Shown: in pieces, positions 54,340 through 63,821 of the stretch
Numbering within the stretch: position 1 is the stretch's first letter
Layout: every line of letters begins with the position of its first letter
DNA from: an uncultured Bacteroidota bacterium
Lineage (GTDB): Bacteria; Bacteroidota; Ignavibacteria; Ignavibacteriales; Ignavibacteriaceae
Length of the DNA stretch: 64,000 nucleotides
NCBI GenBank assembly: GCA_963739955.1
Contig: CAVUCX010000072.1
Location: 10,455 to 74,454, forward strand
Direction: 5' to 3'
Made by a program: the position numbers and the translations under genes
The notes under the pieces: model-generated
The model's input: the letters and a program-made list of their open reading frames with translations, nothing else
The model's database searches: none
Told to the model about the DNA's origin: nothing

Positions 54340-55938
54340 ATGAAAGATAATCCCCTAGGTTCTTTATTAAACATATTTAATAAGTTTACCGTTCAGCAGA
54401 AACTCGTAGTGGGAGGTTCGGTAGCATTAACGGTACTTATACTTGGAACATTAATTTTCTTTCTGAACCAGCCGAATTATGTTCCGCTGTATTCCAATCT
54501 TTCGGAAGCAGATGCCTCCAAAGTAGTGGATCAGTTAAACGCTCAGAAAATACCTTATGAAATAACCGGCAACGGAAGCGTAATACAGGTGCCGAAGGAT
54601 AAAGTATATGAAGAACGCCTGACGCTTGCCGGGAAAGGGATACCGAGTTCCGGCGTAGTCGGTTATGAAATATTCGACAAGTCCACAATGGGCATGTCGG
54701 AATTCATGCAGAAGCTGAATTATCAGCGAGCGCTGGAAGGAGAGCTTGAAAAAACGGTAATGACAATTGACGGGGTGCTAGGGGCCCGTATACATATTGT
54801 TATTCCGCAAAAATCGGTTTTTAAAGACGAAGAAAAACTTCCCACAGCAGCGGTTGTCCTGAAGCTCGGAAACGCAAACATGATTTCCAAAAGCAATATT
54901 GCGGCCATCATAAACCTTGTCTCAAGCAGCGTTGAAGGCTTGAAACCCGGCAAAGTAACCGTACTCGATACCGAAGGAAAACTTTTATCGAGAGAGGACG
55001 ATGACGATCCGCTGGCCATTTCAAGTTCAAAGCAATATGAAATTAAACGATCCGTTGAAAAGTATCTTGCGCAAAAAGCTCAGGGCATTTTGAATAACGT
55101 ACTCGGGTACGGTAATTCGATGGTAGAGGTAAACGCCGACCTTAACTTCGATCAGGTTCAGCGAACGATGGAAACTTACGATCCGAATTCTCAGGTTGCC
55201 ATCAGCGAGCAAACTGTTAAGACGCAGAACAACGGTAAAAATTTAGGCGACTCAACGGCGCAAGCAAGCCAGAATACCACAACAAACTACGAAATAAGTA
55301 AGACCATAGAGAAAGTAATTTCCGGTTCCGGAAACATAAAAAGATTAAGCATTGCTGCCGTAATTAATGATGTTCCCAAAGAGGTAAAAAAAGGCGGAAA
55401 AACCGAAGTTACTTACGAACCCCGCCCGAAAGAACAACTTGATAAACTTGAAGAGCTTGTTAAAAATGCGGTAGGAATAGATCCGAATAGAAAAGATCAG
55501 TTTACTTTAGTCGATATACCATTTCAACCGAAAACATTAGACGAGGATGTGCAGGTGGAAAGCCCGGGAATTGTAGACGACGTTAACAAATGGTCAAACC
55601 CTGCTCTTATGATAATTGCAATTGCAGCATCAATATTCCTTTTAAAAGGCCTGATGAAAAAATTGAAAACCGAAAAAATTATGATAGGTACCTTCGATAA
55701 TAATCAAATGGCGCTTAACGGCTATTCGAGTCCGGATTTATTGAAACCTAGAAATGCTCAACAGGTTGGGAGCGCTCCTAAGAAAAACTATCTGCCCATA
55801 GGTGATCTGGAAGATGAAATATCCGATGAGGCGGTACGAAAGAAGACCCAGCACGATAAAATTTCTAACTATGTTTCCAAGAATCCCGTTGAAGCGGCAA
55901 AATTAATTAACTCCTGGTTACATGAAGACGAATTTTAA
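54340..55938 (+). CDS. fliF: Flagellar MS-ring protein FliF
   Basis: An N-terminal TM is followed by YVPLYSNLSEADASKVVDQLNAQKIPYEI..ERLTLAGKGIP. A second TM lies near the C-terminus (ALMIIAIAASIFLL). Confidence 0.9.
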   Translation: MKDNPLGSLLNIFNKFTVQQKLVVGGSVALTVLILGTLIFFLNQPNYVPLYSNLSEADASKVVDQLNAQKIPYEITGNGSVIQVPKDKVYEERLTLAGKGIPSSGVVGYEIFDKSTMGMSEFMQKLNYQRALEGELEKTVMTIDGVLGARIHIVIPQKSVFKDEEKLPTAAVVLKLGNANMISKSNIAAIINLVSSSVEGLKPGKVTVLDTEGKLLSREDDDDPLAISSSKQYEIKRSVEKYLAQKAQGILNNVLGYGNSMVEVNADLNFDQVQRTMETYDPNSQVAISEQTVKTQNNGKNLGDSTAQASQNTTTNYEISKTIEKVISGSGNIKRLSIAAVINDVPKEVKKGGKTEVTYEPRPKEQLDKLEELVKNAVGIDPNRKDQFTLVDIPFQPKTLDEDVQVESPGIVDDVNKWSNPALMIIAIAASIFLLKGLMKKLKTEKIMIGTFDNNQMALNGYSSPDLLKPRNAQQVGSAPKKNYLPIGDLEDEISDEAVRKKTQHDKISNYVSKNPVEAAKLINSWLHEDEF

Positions 55939-55946
55939 TAAAAGCT

Positions 55947-56972
55947 ATGTCAAAAGAAAATATAAAACCGCTGGAAATTAACGGAATACAAAAAGCAGCC
56001 CTGCTGATGATAGCACTTAATGTTGAAAGCGCTTCGGAAGTATTCAAATATCTTGATGTAAACGAAGTTGAAATGATTTCAACCGAAATTTCCAAAGTAC
56101 GAAATATTCCTTCAAATACCGTTGACGTTGTCATGGAAGAATTCTATGCCATGGTTACCGCGCGGGAATATGTTCTGGAGGGCGGCCTGGAATACGCACA
56201 GGCTGTTCTGGAGAAATCTTTCGGGTTCAATAAAGCGGTCGAAATAATTGAAAAGGTAAAAAACCTTACAACATTGAGAGGCTTCGATGTTTTAAGAAAG
56301 GCCGATTCCGTACAGTTAATTGGTTTCCTTAATAAAGAACATCCGCAAACAATAGCATTAATACTATCGCATCTGCCTCCTGATCAAACAGCCGAAGTTT
56401 TTAAGGAAATGCAGGAGCCTTTACGTACAGATGTGGTTTACAGGATTGCGACCCTTGGGAAAATTTCTCCGCAGACCTTAAAGCATGTTGAGAAGGTTGT
56501 GGATGATATGGCCGGATTAAGTATGGGACAGTCGCTAAGCAAAATAGGCGGCACAAAAAGTCTTGCAGCAGTCCTGAACAGAACTAACGTTAGTTTGAGC
56601 AAAGAAATTCTCAGCAACATGAGCGAAAAAGACGCCGATGTTGCCGGCGAGGTAAAAAGACTGATGTTCCTGTTCGAAGATGTAGTAAACATACAGGACA
56701 AGGATATTCAGAAAATACTCCGGGAAGTCGACAGAAAGGATCTGGCGCTGGCTTTGAAAATCGTGGACGAAAAACTCAAAGAAAAAATTCTATCGAATAT
56801 GTCGGAAAGAGCCGCGGATCTTCTCAAAGAAGAACTTCAATATATGGGCATGGTAAAATTAAAAGAAGTGGAAGGCGCTCAGGCAAGAATTATAGATGTT
56901 GTAAAAGCCTTGGAGGAAAGCGGTGAAATAAGTCTTAACCTCAGAGGAAACTCGGAAGAAGTATATGTCTGA
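55947..56972 (+). CDS. fliG: Flagellar motor switch protein FliG
   Basis: AALLMIALNVESASEVFKYL..EVEMISTEI and MFLFEDVVNIQDKDIQKILREVDRKDLALALK. Confidence 0.9.
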   Translation: MSKENIKPLEINGIQKAALLMIALNVESASEVFKYLDVNEVEMISTEISKVRNIPSNTVDVVMEEFYAMVTAREYVLEGGLEYAQAVLEKSFGFNKAVEIIEKVKNLTTLRGFDVLRKADSVQLIGFLNKEHPQTIALILSHLPPDQTAEVFKEMQEPLRTDVVYRIATLGKISPQTLKHVEKVVDDMAGLSMGQSLSKIGGTKSLAAVLNRTNVSLSKEILSNMSEKDADVAGEVKRLMFLFEDVVNIQDKDIQKILREVDRKDLALALKIVDEKLKEKILSNMSERAADLLKEELQYMGMVKLKEVEGAQARIIDVVKALEESGEISLNLRGNSEEVYV

Positions 56973-57594
56973 GATAATAAAATTAAATATGAAGAAACAG
57001 AAACTTAATGTTTCTTTAAAGAATCCTTTCGAAGTGAATAATTTCGAAACCGAGAAGGAGGAAGATTATTTTCAGAATCAGTTAAAACAGCACTATGAAC
57101 ACGGGTTCGCGGAGGGGCAGAAAGCGGCGCAGGAAAAACTTGAAAAAGAATTTTCAACCAAGTTGTTAAGAAGATTTAACGAAGTGCAGACAATTCTTAA
57201 TGAAGTAGACGGGAATATGATTGCATACGCTGACAATTTTGAGAGGATCGTTATTAGCCTTTCTTTGGCAATTTCGGAAAAGATCGTAAAAAAGGAAATA
57301 GTTCAAAGCTCGGCTGTAAGCGAAGTGCTTCAGGAATCGCTGCATAGAGTGATGGGCGCAAATAGAATAATTGTAAAAATAAATCCCGAAGATCTTAAAG
57401 AGCTTAATTCGGAAGACAATTTATTATTTAAAGACGATTCGTTTTCTAAAATAAAGTTTGAGCCCGACGTAAAAATTGAACGCGGCGGGTGTCTGGTGGA
57501 AACAGAAATCGGGAACGTAGACGGAAGAGTATCTTCCCAATTCAATGAAGTTAAAAAAAGTTTAGAATCGGTATTTACGGATAGCGGGGATTAA
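56965..57594 (+). CDS. fliH: Flagellar export ATPase regulator FliH
   Basis: 209 aa, between fliG and fliI. It has a charged coiled N-terminus and the C-terminal block ..CLVETEIGNVDGRVSSQ.. Confidence 0.7.
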   Translation: MSEIIKLNMKKQKLNVSLKNPFEVNNFETEKEEDYFQNQLKQHYEHGFAEGQKAAQEKLEKEFSTKLLRRFNEVQTILNEVDGNMIAYADNFERIVISLSLAISEKIVKKEIVQSSAVSEVLQESLHRVMGANRIIVKINPEDLKELNSEDNLLFKDDSFSKIKFEPDVKIERGGCLVETEIGNVDGRVSSQFNEVKKSLESVFTDSGD

Positions 57595-58925
57595 TGGAAT
57601 TCGGGGAAGACATAATTCAGAAATACAGGAGGATCATTAACAAAATTGATCCTATAAAAGTTAACGGCAAAGTTTCGGACGTAATCGGGCTGGTAATTAT
57701 ATCCGTAGGACCGGTAGTTTCGCTAGGCGAAGTCTGTATTATAGTTGACCGGGAGGGAAGTGAGGTTTGCAAAGCAGAAGTAGTAGGCTTCAAAGAGGGG
57801 AAAGTTCTTTCAATAGCTTTGGGAGAAGTGCATAACATATCGCCGGCATGCGATATAATTGCAACCGGAAGAAGTTTTACGGTAGGGGTGGGAGATGAAT
57901 TACTGGGAAGAGTTATTGACGGACTCGGTCAGCCGATAGACGGTAAAGGTGAAATTATATGCGACTCTTACAGAAGTATTCATAACGATCCTCCTAATCC
58001 GTTAACAAGAGCGCGGATTTCAGAACCGCTGCAAACGGGTGTAAGAGCATTGGACGGTCTGCTTACAGTTGGAAAAGGACAAAGGTTGGGAATATTTGCG
58101 GGAAGCGGTGTCGGGAAAAGCGTTACTTTAGGCATGATTGCGCGTAACACCAACGCAGACGTAAATGTGATTACCTTAATCGGCGAACGCGGGCGTGAAG
58201 TAAGGGAATTTATTGAAAAGGATCTCGGTCCCGAAGGATTAAAAAAATCTGTTGTAATAGTTGCTACCAGCGACAAACCTGCCTTAATAAGAATGAAAGG
58301 CGCATTTATCGGCGCAACTATCTCTGAATATTTCAGAGATCAAGGAAAAGATGTTGTATTGATGATGGACTCGGTAACAAGGTTCGCAATGGCGCAGCGG
58401 GAAATCGGTTTAACGGTCGGCGAGCCTCCTACAACCAAAGGATATACTCCTTCGGTTTTTGCGATGCTGCCCAAGTTGCTTGAGAGAGCGGGTACAAAGG
58501 ATAAAGGTTCAATAACCGGTTTCTATACGGTGCTGGTTGACGGTGATGATATGAACGAGCCGATTGCCGACGCAGTAAGATCAATTCTAGACGGACATGT
58601 TGTGCTGTCGAGAAAACTCGCTAATAAAGGACAATTCCCTGCAGTTGATCCACTTCAAAGCGTTAGCCGTGTAATGCCCGACGTAGTAACGACCGATCAT
58701 AGAAAAAGGGCTATAGCATTTAATGAAATACTGGCAACATATAGGGAAGCCGAAGATCTGATTAATATCGGAGCCTATGTAAAGGGAAGCAATCCGCAAA
58801 TTGACCATTCCCTTACCAAAATTAGATTTTTAAGGAATTTTCTGAAACAGGATATGCTGGAAAAGTCAACATACGAGGAGACTGTTTCCAAATTAAAAGA
58901 AATTATCGAAGAACCTATACAATAA
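57594..58925 (+). CDS. fliI: Flagellum-specific ATPase FliI
   Basis: Walker A GSGVGKS. Walker B VVLMMDS. F1/T3SS-ATPase-like throughout. Confidence 0.95.
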   Translation: MEFGEDIIQKYRRIINKIDPIKVNGKVSDVIGLVIISVGPVVSLGEVCIIVDREGSEVCKAEVVGFKEGKVLSIALGEVHNISPACDIIATGRSFTVGVGDELLGRVIDGLGQPIDGKGEIICDSYRSIHNDPPNPLTRARISEPLQTGVRALDGLLTVGKGQRLGIFAGSGVGKSVTLGMIARNTNADVNVITLIGERGREVREFIEKDLGPEGLKKSVVIVATSDKPALIRMKGAFIGATISEYFRDQGKDVVLMMDSVTRFAMAQREIGLTVGEPPTTKGYTPSVFAMLPKLLERAGTKDKGSITGFYTVLVDGDDMNEPIADAVRSILDGHVVLSRKLANKGQFPAVDPLQSVSRVMPDVVTTDHRKRAIAFNEILATYREAEDLINIGAYVKGSNPQIDHSLTKIRFLRNFLKQDMLEKSTYEETVSKLKEIIEEPIQ

Positions 58926-58929
58926 AATA

Positions 58930-59367
58930 ATGGCAAAATTTCACTATAAATTCGAAGCAATTAAAAAGGTAAAAGAAGCCCTTGAGAAAAAAGCTCAAAA
59001 GGAAATTGCAGTAATTGATCTTGAAATTAAGAAACTGGAAGACGAGTATAAAAGGCTGACCGAATTGGAATTAAAAAGCAAGAAAGAGTTTGTTAAGGTT
59101 CACGTCTCCGTTGGTGAATTGCAATTTATAAAAAATTATGAGCAATTTCTTCAAAAGCAGAGAGAGCTGATTACGCTGAAAATCAGCAAGCTAAATGAAA
59201 AGAGAAAACTTAAACTTGATGAGCTTGTAACCAGAGGTAAAGAACATAAGATTTTTAATATTCTGGAAGAGCATCATCTAAATACTTTTAATATCGAACA
59301 GAATAAACTCGAGCTTGATCAAATAAACGAGATAGCGACTCAGAAATTTGCAAGGCATGAAAAGTGA
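58930..59367 (+). CDS. fliJ: Flagellar export protein FliJ
   Basis: A 145-aa coiled-coil protein immediately after fliI. Confidence 0.7.
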   Translation: MAKFHYKFEAIKKVKEALEKKAQKEIAVIDLEIKKLEDEYKRLTELELKSKKEFVKVHVSVGELQFIKNYEQFLQKQRELITLKISKLNEKRKLKLDELVTRGKEHKIFNILEEHHLNTFNIEQNKLELDQINEIATQKFARHEK

Positions 59368-59996
59368 AAGAAAAAATCATTTACATATTCGTTTTCTTAA
59401 CAATATTTCTGATAACTACCGGAAGCGTTATTTATCTTAATAATAATTACACCGATATATTCAAGCTCAATTTTAAGCCTATAGTTAAACATGAAGACAG
59501 TTCAAACCATGATAAAAATCTTAACACCAATAATGTATCAATGGATGAACTTAAAAACGTAATTCAAACCGAATTTAAAAATTATCTGGTTGATTCCCTG
59601 AAGAAAGTTTATTCCGCGCCGCAAAAGAATACGGTTGTTGCGGAAGTGAAAAAAGATTCGTCTTTAGCCGACAGCGTGAAGAATTTGAGAAAGATCATAA
59701 ATAAAATTGACCGGAAACTGGCGGAGCAGGAAGCGAAAAATACGCAGGTGAAAATTAATGAAGATAATGAAAAAACCAAGAGCGATAGTGCCTATATAAA
59801 CTGGACGCATCAGACCGCAAAACTATATGAAGCAATGGATCCTAAACAAGCTGCTAAAATTATACAGAGTTATTCCGATAATATAGCCAGAGACATTATT
59901 TATTCGATGAGGCAAAAAAAGGCTGCCGAAGTTTTATCGGAACTTAATCCTCAAACTGCAAATAGAATAACACAGGCGAAATCAAATGCTTTTTAA
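59364..59996 (+). CDS. MotE/YlxF-like flagellar protein (N-terminal TM + MgtE-N-like helical domain)
   Basis: It holds the position of ylxF in the Bacillus fla operon. The C-terminus is PKQAAKIIQSYSDNIARDIIYSMRQKKAAEVLSELNP. Confidence 0.6.
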   Translation: MKEKIIYIFVFLTIFLITTGSVIYLNNNYTDIFKLNFKPIVKHEDSSNHDKNLNTNNVSMDELKNVIQTEFKNYLVDSLKKVYSAPQKNTVVAEVKKDSSLADSVKNLRKIINKIDRKLAEQEAKNTQVKINEDNEKTKSDSAYINWTHQTAKLYEAMDPKQAAKIIQSYSDNIARDIIYSMRQKKAAEVLSELNPQTANRITQAKSNAF

Positions 59997-62556
59997 TCCT
60001 CTTTTCGTTCAAATAGGGGTCAGTACAGATCCGATAGAGATGCCAAAATCATCCAAGTTGAGCAACACATCTTATTTATTCTCTGATATAATTCGTGTTA
60101 TCGGCGATAATAATAAATTATCCGATCCTCTTGCTGCCGCATTAACCTCCCAAAATTCATCGGGCAGCAGTGCAGTACAAAATGATTTACTCAACAGTTT
60201 TAACTTGAATTCCATCACCTCGCAAATTGCCGATTCAAATAATTCTAAGACAACACTGAATCTGAATGACCTTTTGAAAGAATTACTGTCAAACATTCAA
60301 AATAATAAAGAGGGAAGCATTGCTTCGCTTGAAAGCGATTTATCCAAAGCAGGCGATAAAAATATTCATCTTTTGACCACAAGCGGGGACCTTGACGGTT
60401 TTCTTCAAAAGCTTTTCAGCTTATTACCCGAATTAAAAATGGTTGAGGGAGGAGATAAAAACTTTATTGTAAAACCGGTATCCGGAAAAACAAGCGACGG
60501 CGGTCAGGATCAAAAGAAACAGGTCGAAGACGCAATAGTTAACCTGCTTCAAACCAATAATAATATTATCCTGAATTTTAATCTGGGTAATGAACAATTT
60601 AAAATAGAAATTCAAAAAATATCCGGCAGCGACGGAAATACAAAATCCGGAACTACCGGTATAATAGATGTAAACGAGTTAAAAACAAATTCGGATAAGA
60701 CCATTATAAAAAATCAAAGTGCGGACAATGCCCAGCCCGGCAGTCAGATTACTCAATCGGCCGGCGAACAGTCCGATGACATTGTAAAAAGTTTTCAGGA
60801 AATACTGAACAATGCCGCAGATAAATCGGGTACTGCCGGTAAAGCAGTATCTGTGGCAAATTCAGATGCCGTTAAAAATACGGGAACTGCAGGCACTGCT
60901 AAAGCGGCAGCCGGGGACAATGCGGTTAATATTTCCGGGACAGCGGATTTGAAAAATTTTGATATTAAAAAAGTTAAAACGGAAAACGCCGAAGGAAAAA
61001 TTCCTGAGATAAAAGTAACCGCTGACGATAACATGACAACCGGAAATTCTGCCGGTAATATAATAGCATCTTCCGAAAAAGATGCCTCTTTTATTACAGA
61101 AACTAATGGTAAAAACGTTAATGCACCGTCGGACATTACTAAAAATTTAAAAAATCAGGCAGCCGAAAAAACACAACCTTCGGCAGCCGAGGTCAAGAAT
61201 ACGGTTCCGGGCGATACTGCGAAAATGCCGGCAGTGAAAACTGAATTAGAAGATATCGCAAAAAATATTATAGGCAAACAGGTAAATAATAATTCAAACG
61301 GCGTCCGGACTAATACTACCGTTAATACCGGCACAGTTGTACCGGCGGAAGAACAAAAATATATTCTGTCGATAAAGGTAAATACTCCGCAAAGCGCTAC
61401 TGAGGTTCAAAATTCAAGTGTTCAGAATAATATGGCAGGGCAGACTGAAACTGCAGGCGTTAAAGCGCAAAATCAGAATATAAATATAGATCTAACTACT
61501 TTAAACATAAATAAGCGCGAAAGTGCGATACAACTTTTTACCGATAAAACCCAGGCTCCGGTAAAGGAATTATTTAATCCTCCTATTACCTTGAAGCTCT
61601 CTATTAAGCAGCAGATTAAAAGCGTTGATAATAAAAGTGCGGAGAGTTCAAAATTTGTTCCCGAAAACAGTGCAGGTAAAATTAAAGTTGAAGCCGCAAA
61701 AACAAATCCGGCGCCAGGTCAAAATAGTTTGAAAAATAATTCAGTAGTAAATAAAGGCAGTTCGGAAAATATTCAAAGTTTCACCGATTATCTTCAATCG
61801 CCGACAGAATTAAATTCGAATAATGCAGGGCAGGAAGTTAAAAAGAGTACGGATTCTGCAAACGGCGAACTGGCAGGTTCAGTCTCAAAAAATGCCGGCA
61901 GTACTCAAAAAATAAATGACAATAATTCCGGTTCCGCTGTAAAGCAGGTTAACCAAACCGGCGGTGAGATTGATAAACCCGTTGCGTCTTCCGATAATTC
62001 CGGCGGTGAACTTGGTAATAAATCCGAAGAAGAAAAACAAAAAGGCGCTGATTTCAAAACCGCGGGAAACCAGTCCGTTAACGATTTTGAAAAACTTTTA
62101 ACTGCAAAGGATAAAATTCCCGATAAATCAGGACAGATGTCTCAGCCAGCTAAAACTATAAATGCATCCGACATCGCAAAAGAATTTACGAGCATCATTA
62201 ATCAGAAAGATTCCAAGAGTGTTGTTCTCCAGTTAAAACCCGAAAATTTGGGTAAAATAAAACTTTCGATCGATGTTACAAACAATATTGTTCATGCGAG
62301 GGTTGAAGTTGAAAACGAAGCCGCAAAGCAGATGGTCCAATCAAATTTGGATGCTTTGAAACATTCATTAAATCTGAGCGGCCTGCAGCTTAGCACGGTA
62401 GACGTATCGTTATCGGGGGGACAGCAGAAATCATTCAAGTCGTACGGTCCGAAAAAGAAATTTAATTATACGGGGAAGAACACTAAAATAAGTGAGGAGC
62501 CGGATACATCGGCTTCGCGGAATATGGGATATAATACTTACGAGTATTTAATATAG
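59986..62556 (+). CDS. fliK: Flagellar hook-length control protein FliK (unusually long, 856 aa)
   Basis: C-terminal Flg_hook-type block: VVLQLKPENLGKIKLSIDVTNNIVHARVEVENEAAKQMVQSNLDALKHSL. The N-terminal and central 700 aa are low-complexity and rich in N, S, T, A, G, K and Q. Confidence 0.75.
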   Translation: MLFNPLFVQIGVSTDPIEMPKSSKLSNTSYLFSDIIRVIGDNNKLSDPLAAALTSQNSSGSSAVQNDLLNSFNLNSITSQIADSNNSKTTLNLNDLLKELLSNIQNNKEGSIASLESDLSKAGDKNIHLLTTSGDLDGFLQKLFSLLPELKMVEGGDKNFIVKPVSGKTSDGGQDQKKQVEDAIVNLLQTNNNIILNFNLGNEQFKIEIQKISGSDGNTKSGTTGIIDVNELKTNSDKTIIKNQSADNAQPGSQITQSAGEQSDDIVKSFQEILNNAADKSGTAGKAVSVANSDAVKNTGTAGTAKAAAGDNAVNISGTADLKNFDIKKVKTENAEGKIPEIKVTADDNMTTGNSAGNIIASSEKDASFITETNGKNVNAPSDITKNLKNQAAEKTQPSAAEVKNTVPGDTAKMPAVKTELEDIAKNIIGKQVNNNSNGVRTNTTVNTGTVVPAEEQKYILSIKVNTPQSATEVQNSSVQNNMAGQTETAGVKAQNQNINIDLTTLNINKRESAIQLFTDKTQAPVKELFNPPITLKLSIKQQIKSVDNKSAESSKFVPENSAGKIKVEAAKTNPAPGQNSLKNNSVVNKGSSENIQSFTDYLQSPTELNSNNAGQEVKKSTDSANGELAGSVSKNAGSTQKINDNNSGSAVKQVNQTGGEIDKPVASSDNSGGELGNKSEEEKQKGADFKTAGNQSVNDFEKLLTAKDKIPDKSGQMSQPAKTINASDIAKEFTSIINQKDSKSVVLQLKPENLGKIKLSIDVTNNIVHARVEVENEAAKQMVQSNLDALKHSLNLSGLQLSTVDVSLSGGQQKSFKSYGPKKKFNYTGKNTKISEEPDTSASRNMGYNTYEYLI

Positions 62557-62568
62557 GAGAAGTAAGGT

Positions 62569-63267
62569 ATGATAAATGCGTTAAATTCGACTGCAACTAC
62601 ACAAACAGCCAGCAGTGCAGCAACTACGGCGGCGGGAAGCAACAGCACTTTGGGCAAAGATGATTTTATGAAATTGCTGATTGCCCAGATGCAGAACCAG
62701 GACCCGATGAACCCGATGGACAGCACACAATACGCTGCGCAGCTTGCTCAGTTCAGTTCACTTGAACAACTGCAAAACCTGAATACGTCGATGACCCAGA
62801 GTATAAATGCCAATTTGACATTAACTCAATCGATAAATAATACATTAGCATCAACGCTGATAGGTAAAGACGTTAAAATGGGAAGTTCCACCATATCGAA
62901 CGCCGGACAGGATTCGGTAGAGTTGGGCTACAATTTACCGTCCAATGCCAAGTCCGTAAGCATAAATATTTACGATGTAAGCGGTAATTTGGTAAAAACT
63001 ATGGATTCTTCTGCCACTTCGTATGGCGACAATAAACTTTCCTGGGATTTTACCGATAATAACGGTAATAAACTGCCGGAAGGTGAATATACGTTCCAGA
63101 TAGCGGCAAAGGATAATTCGGGCAACGATATTAAAGCCGATCCTTTTACACTTGGTACAATATCCGGAATCAGATTCACCAGTTCAGGTACACAATTAGT
63201 AATAAATAATACTGAGTACCAATTATCGGATGTTCAGGAAATACTGGGTACCAGCGGAGGTAATTAA
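62569..63267 (+). CDS. flgD: Flagellar hook assembly/cap protein FlgD
   Basis: [41 protein letters not shown], followed by an Ig-like C-terminal domain. Confidence 0.9.
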   Translation: MINALNSTATTQTASSAATTAAGSNSTLGKDDFMKLLIAQMQNQDPMNPMDSTQYAAQLAQFSSLEQLQNLNTSMTQSINANLTLTQSINNTLASTLIGKDVKMGSSTISNAGQDSVELGYNLPSNAKSVSINIYDVSGNLVKTMDSSATSYGDNKLSWDFTDNNGNKLPEGEYTFQIAAKDNSGNDIKADPFTLGTISGIRFTSSGTQLVINNTEYQLSDVQEILGTSGGN

Positions 63268-63270
63268 AAA

Positions 63271-63648
63271 ATGGCTGAAGTAAATGGAATAAGTGTTCCG
63301 TTTATTCCTATTACTCCAAATGAAGGTTTCGGTTCTTCAAAAGTTAATTCACCGACGGACAATTTCAGTTCGATTTTCGAAAAAGAACTGGCAAAACTGA
63401 AATTTTCGAACCATGCGATGAAAAGACTGGAAAACAGAAACATTCAATTAACGGAAACTGATATAAATAAGATACAAACCGCCGTTCAAAAAGCGGAAAT
63501 GAAAGGATCGAAAGATTCACTGGTAATGATGAATAACACTGCGTACATAGTAAATATACCTAATAAAACAGTGGTTACCGCGTTGCCGGTTGAGCAAAGC
63601 GAAGATAATATCTTCACGAACATAGACAGCGTAGTATTTGCGCAGTAA
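63271..63648 (+). CDS. Small flagellar operon protein (the family usually found between flgD and flgE; TIGR02530-type from memory)
   Basis: 125 aa. LKFSNHAMKRLENRNIQLTETDINKIQTAVQKAEMKGSKDSLVMMNNTAYIVNIPNKTVVTA. Confidence 0.55.
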   Translation: MAEVNGISVPFIPITPNEGFGSSKVNSPTDNFSSIFEKELAKLKFSNHAMKRLENRNIQLTETDINKIQTAVQKAEMKGSKDSLVMMNNTAYIVNIPNKTVVTALPVEQSEDNIFTNIDSVVFAQ

Positions 63649-63652
63649 AAAA

Positions 63653-63684
63653 TGCATGAGTGCATGGTTGCATGAATTCATGAT
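63653..63684 (+). repeat. Four tandem 8-nt units TGCATGAG TGCATGGT TGCATGAA TTCATGAT
   Basis: Read directly from the sequence. It starts 5 nt after the upstream stop codon. Confidence 0.7.
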
Positions 63685-63716
63685 AAGATTGTAAAATTAA
63701 ATTTAATAAATAAATA

Positions 63717-63790
63717 CAGAGCGGGACCTTTTGTGGACGCTCTGGCTTGCCTAACGGCAGGCAGGATCCGGCCGACCGACTGAAGCCGGG
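63717..63790 (+). promoter_or_regulatory. GC-rich structured leader upstream of flgE (three consecutive stem-loops, several GGA motifs)
   Basis: Stem 1: CAGAGCG (63717-63723) pairs with CGCTCTG (63738-63744). Its loop, GGACCTTTTGTGGA, begins and ends with GGA. Stem 2: GCTTGCC-TAAC-GGCAGGC. Stem 3: CCGGC, a 12-nt loop, then GCCGG. Further GGA motifs lie at 63764 and in the SD sequence (AGGAGG, 63811). Confidence 0.45.
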
Positions 63791-63821
63791 TCACATATAA
63801 GAAAAACCATAGGAGGTTAAA

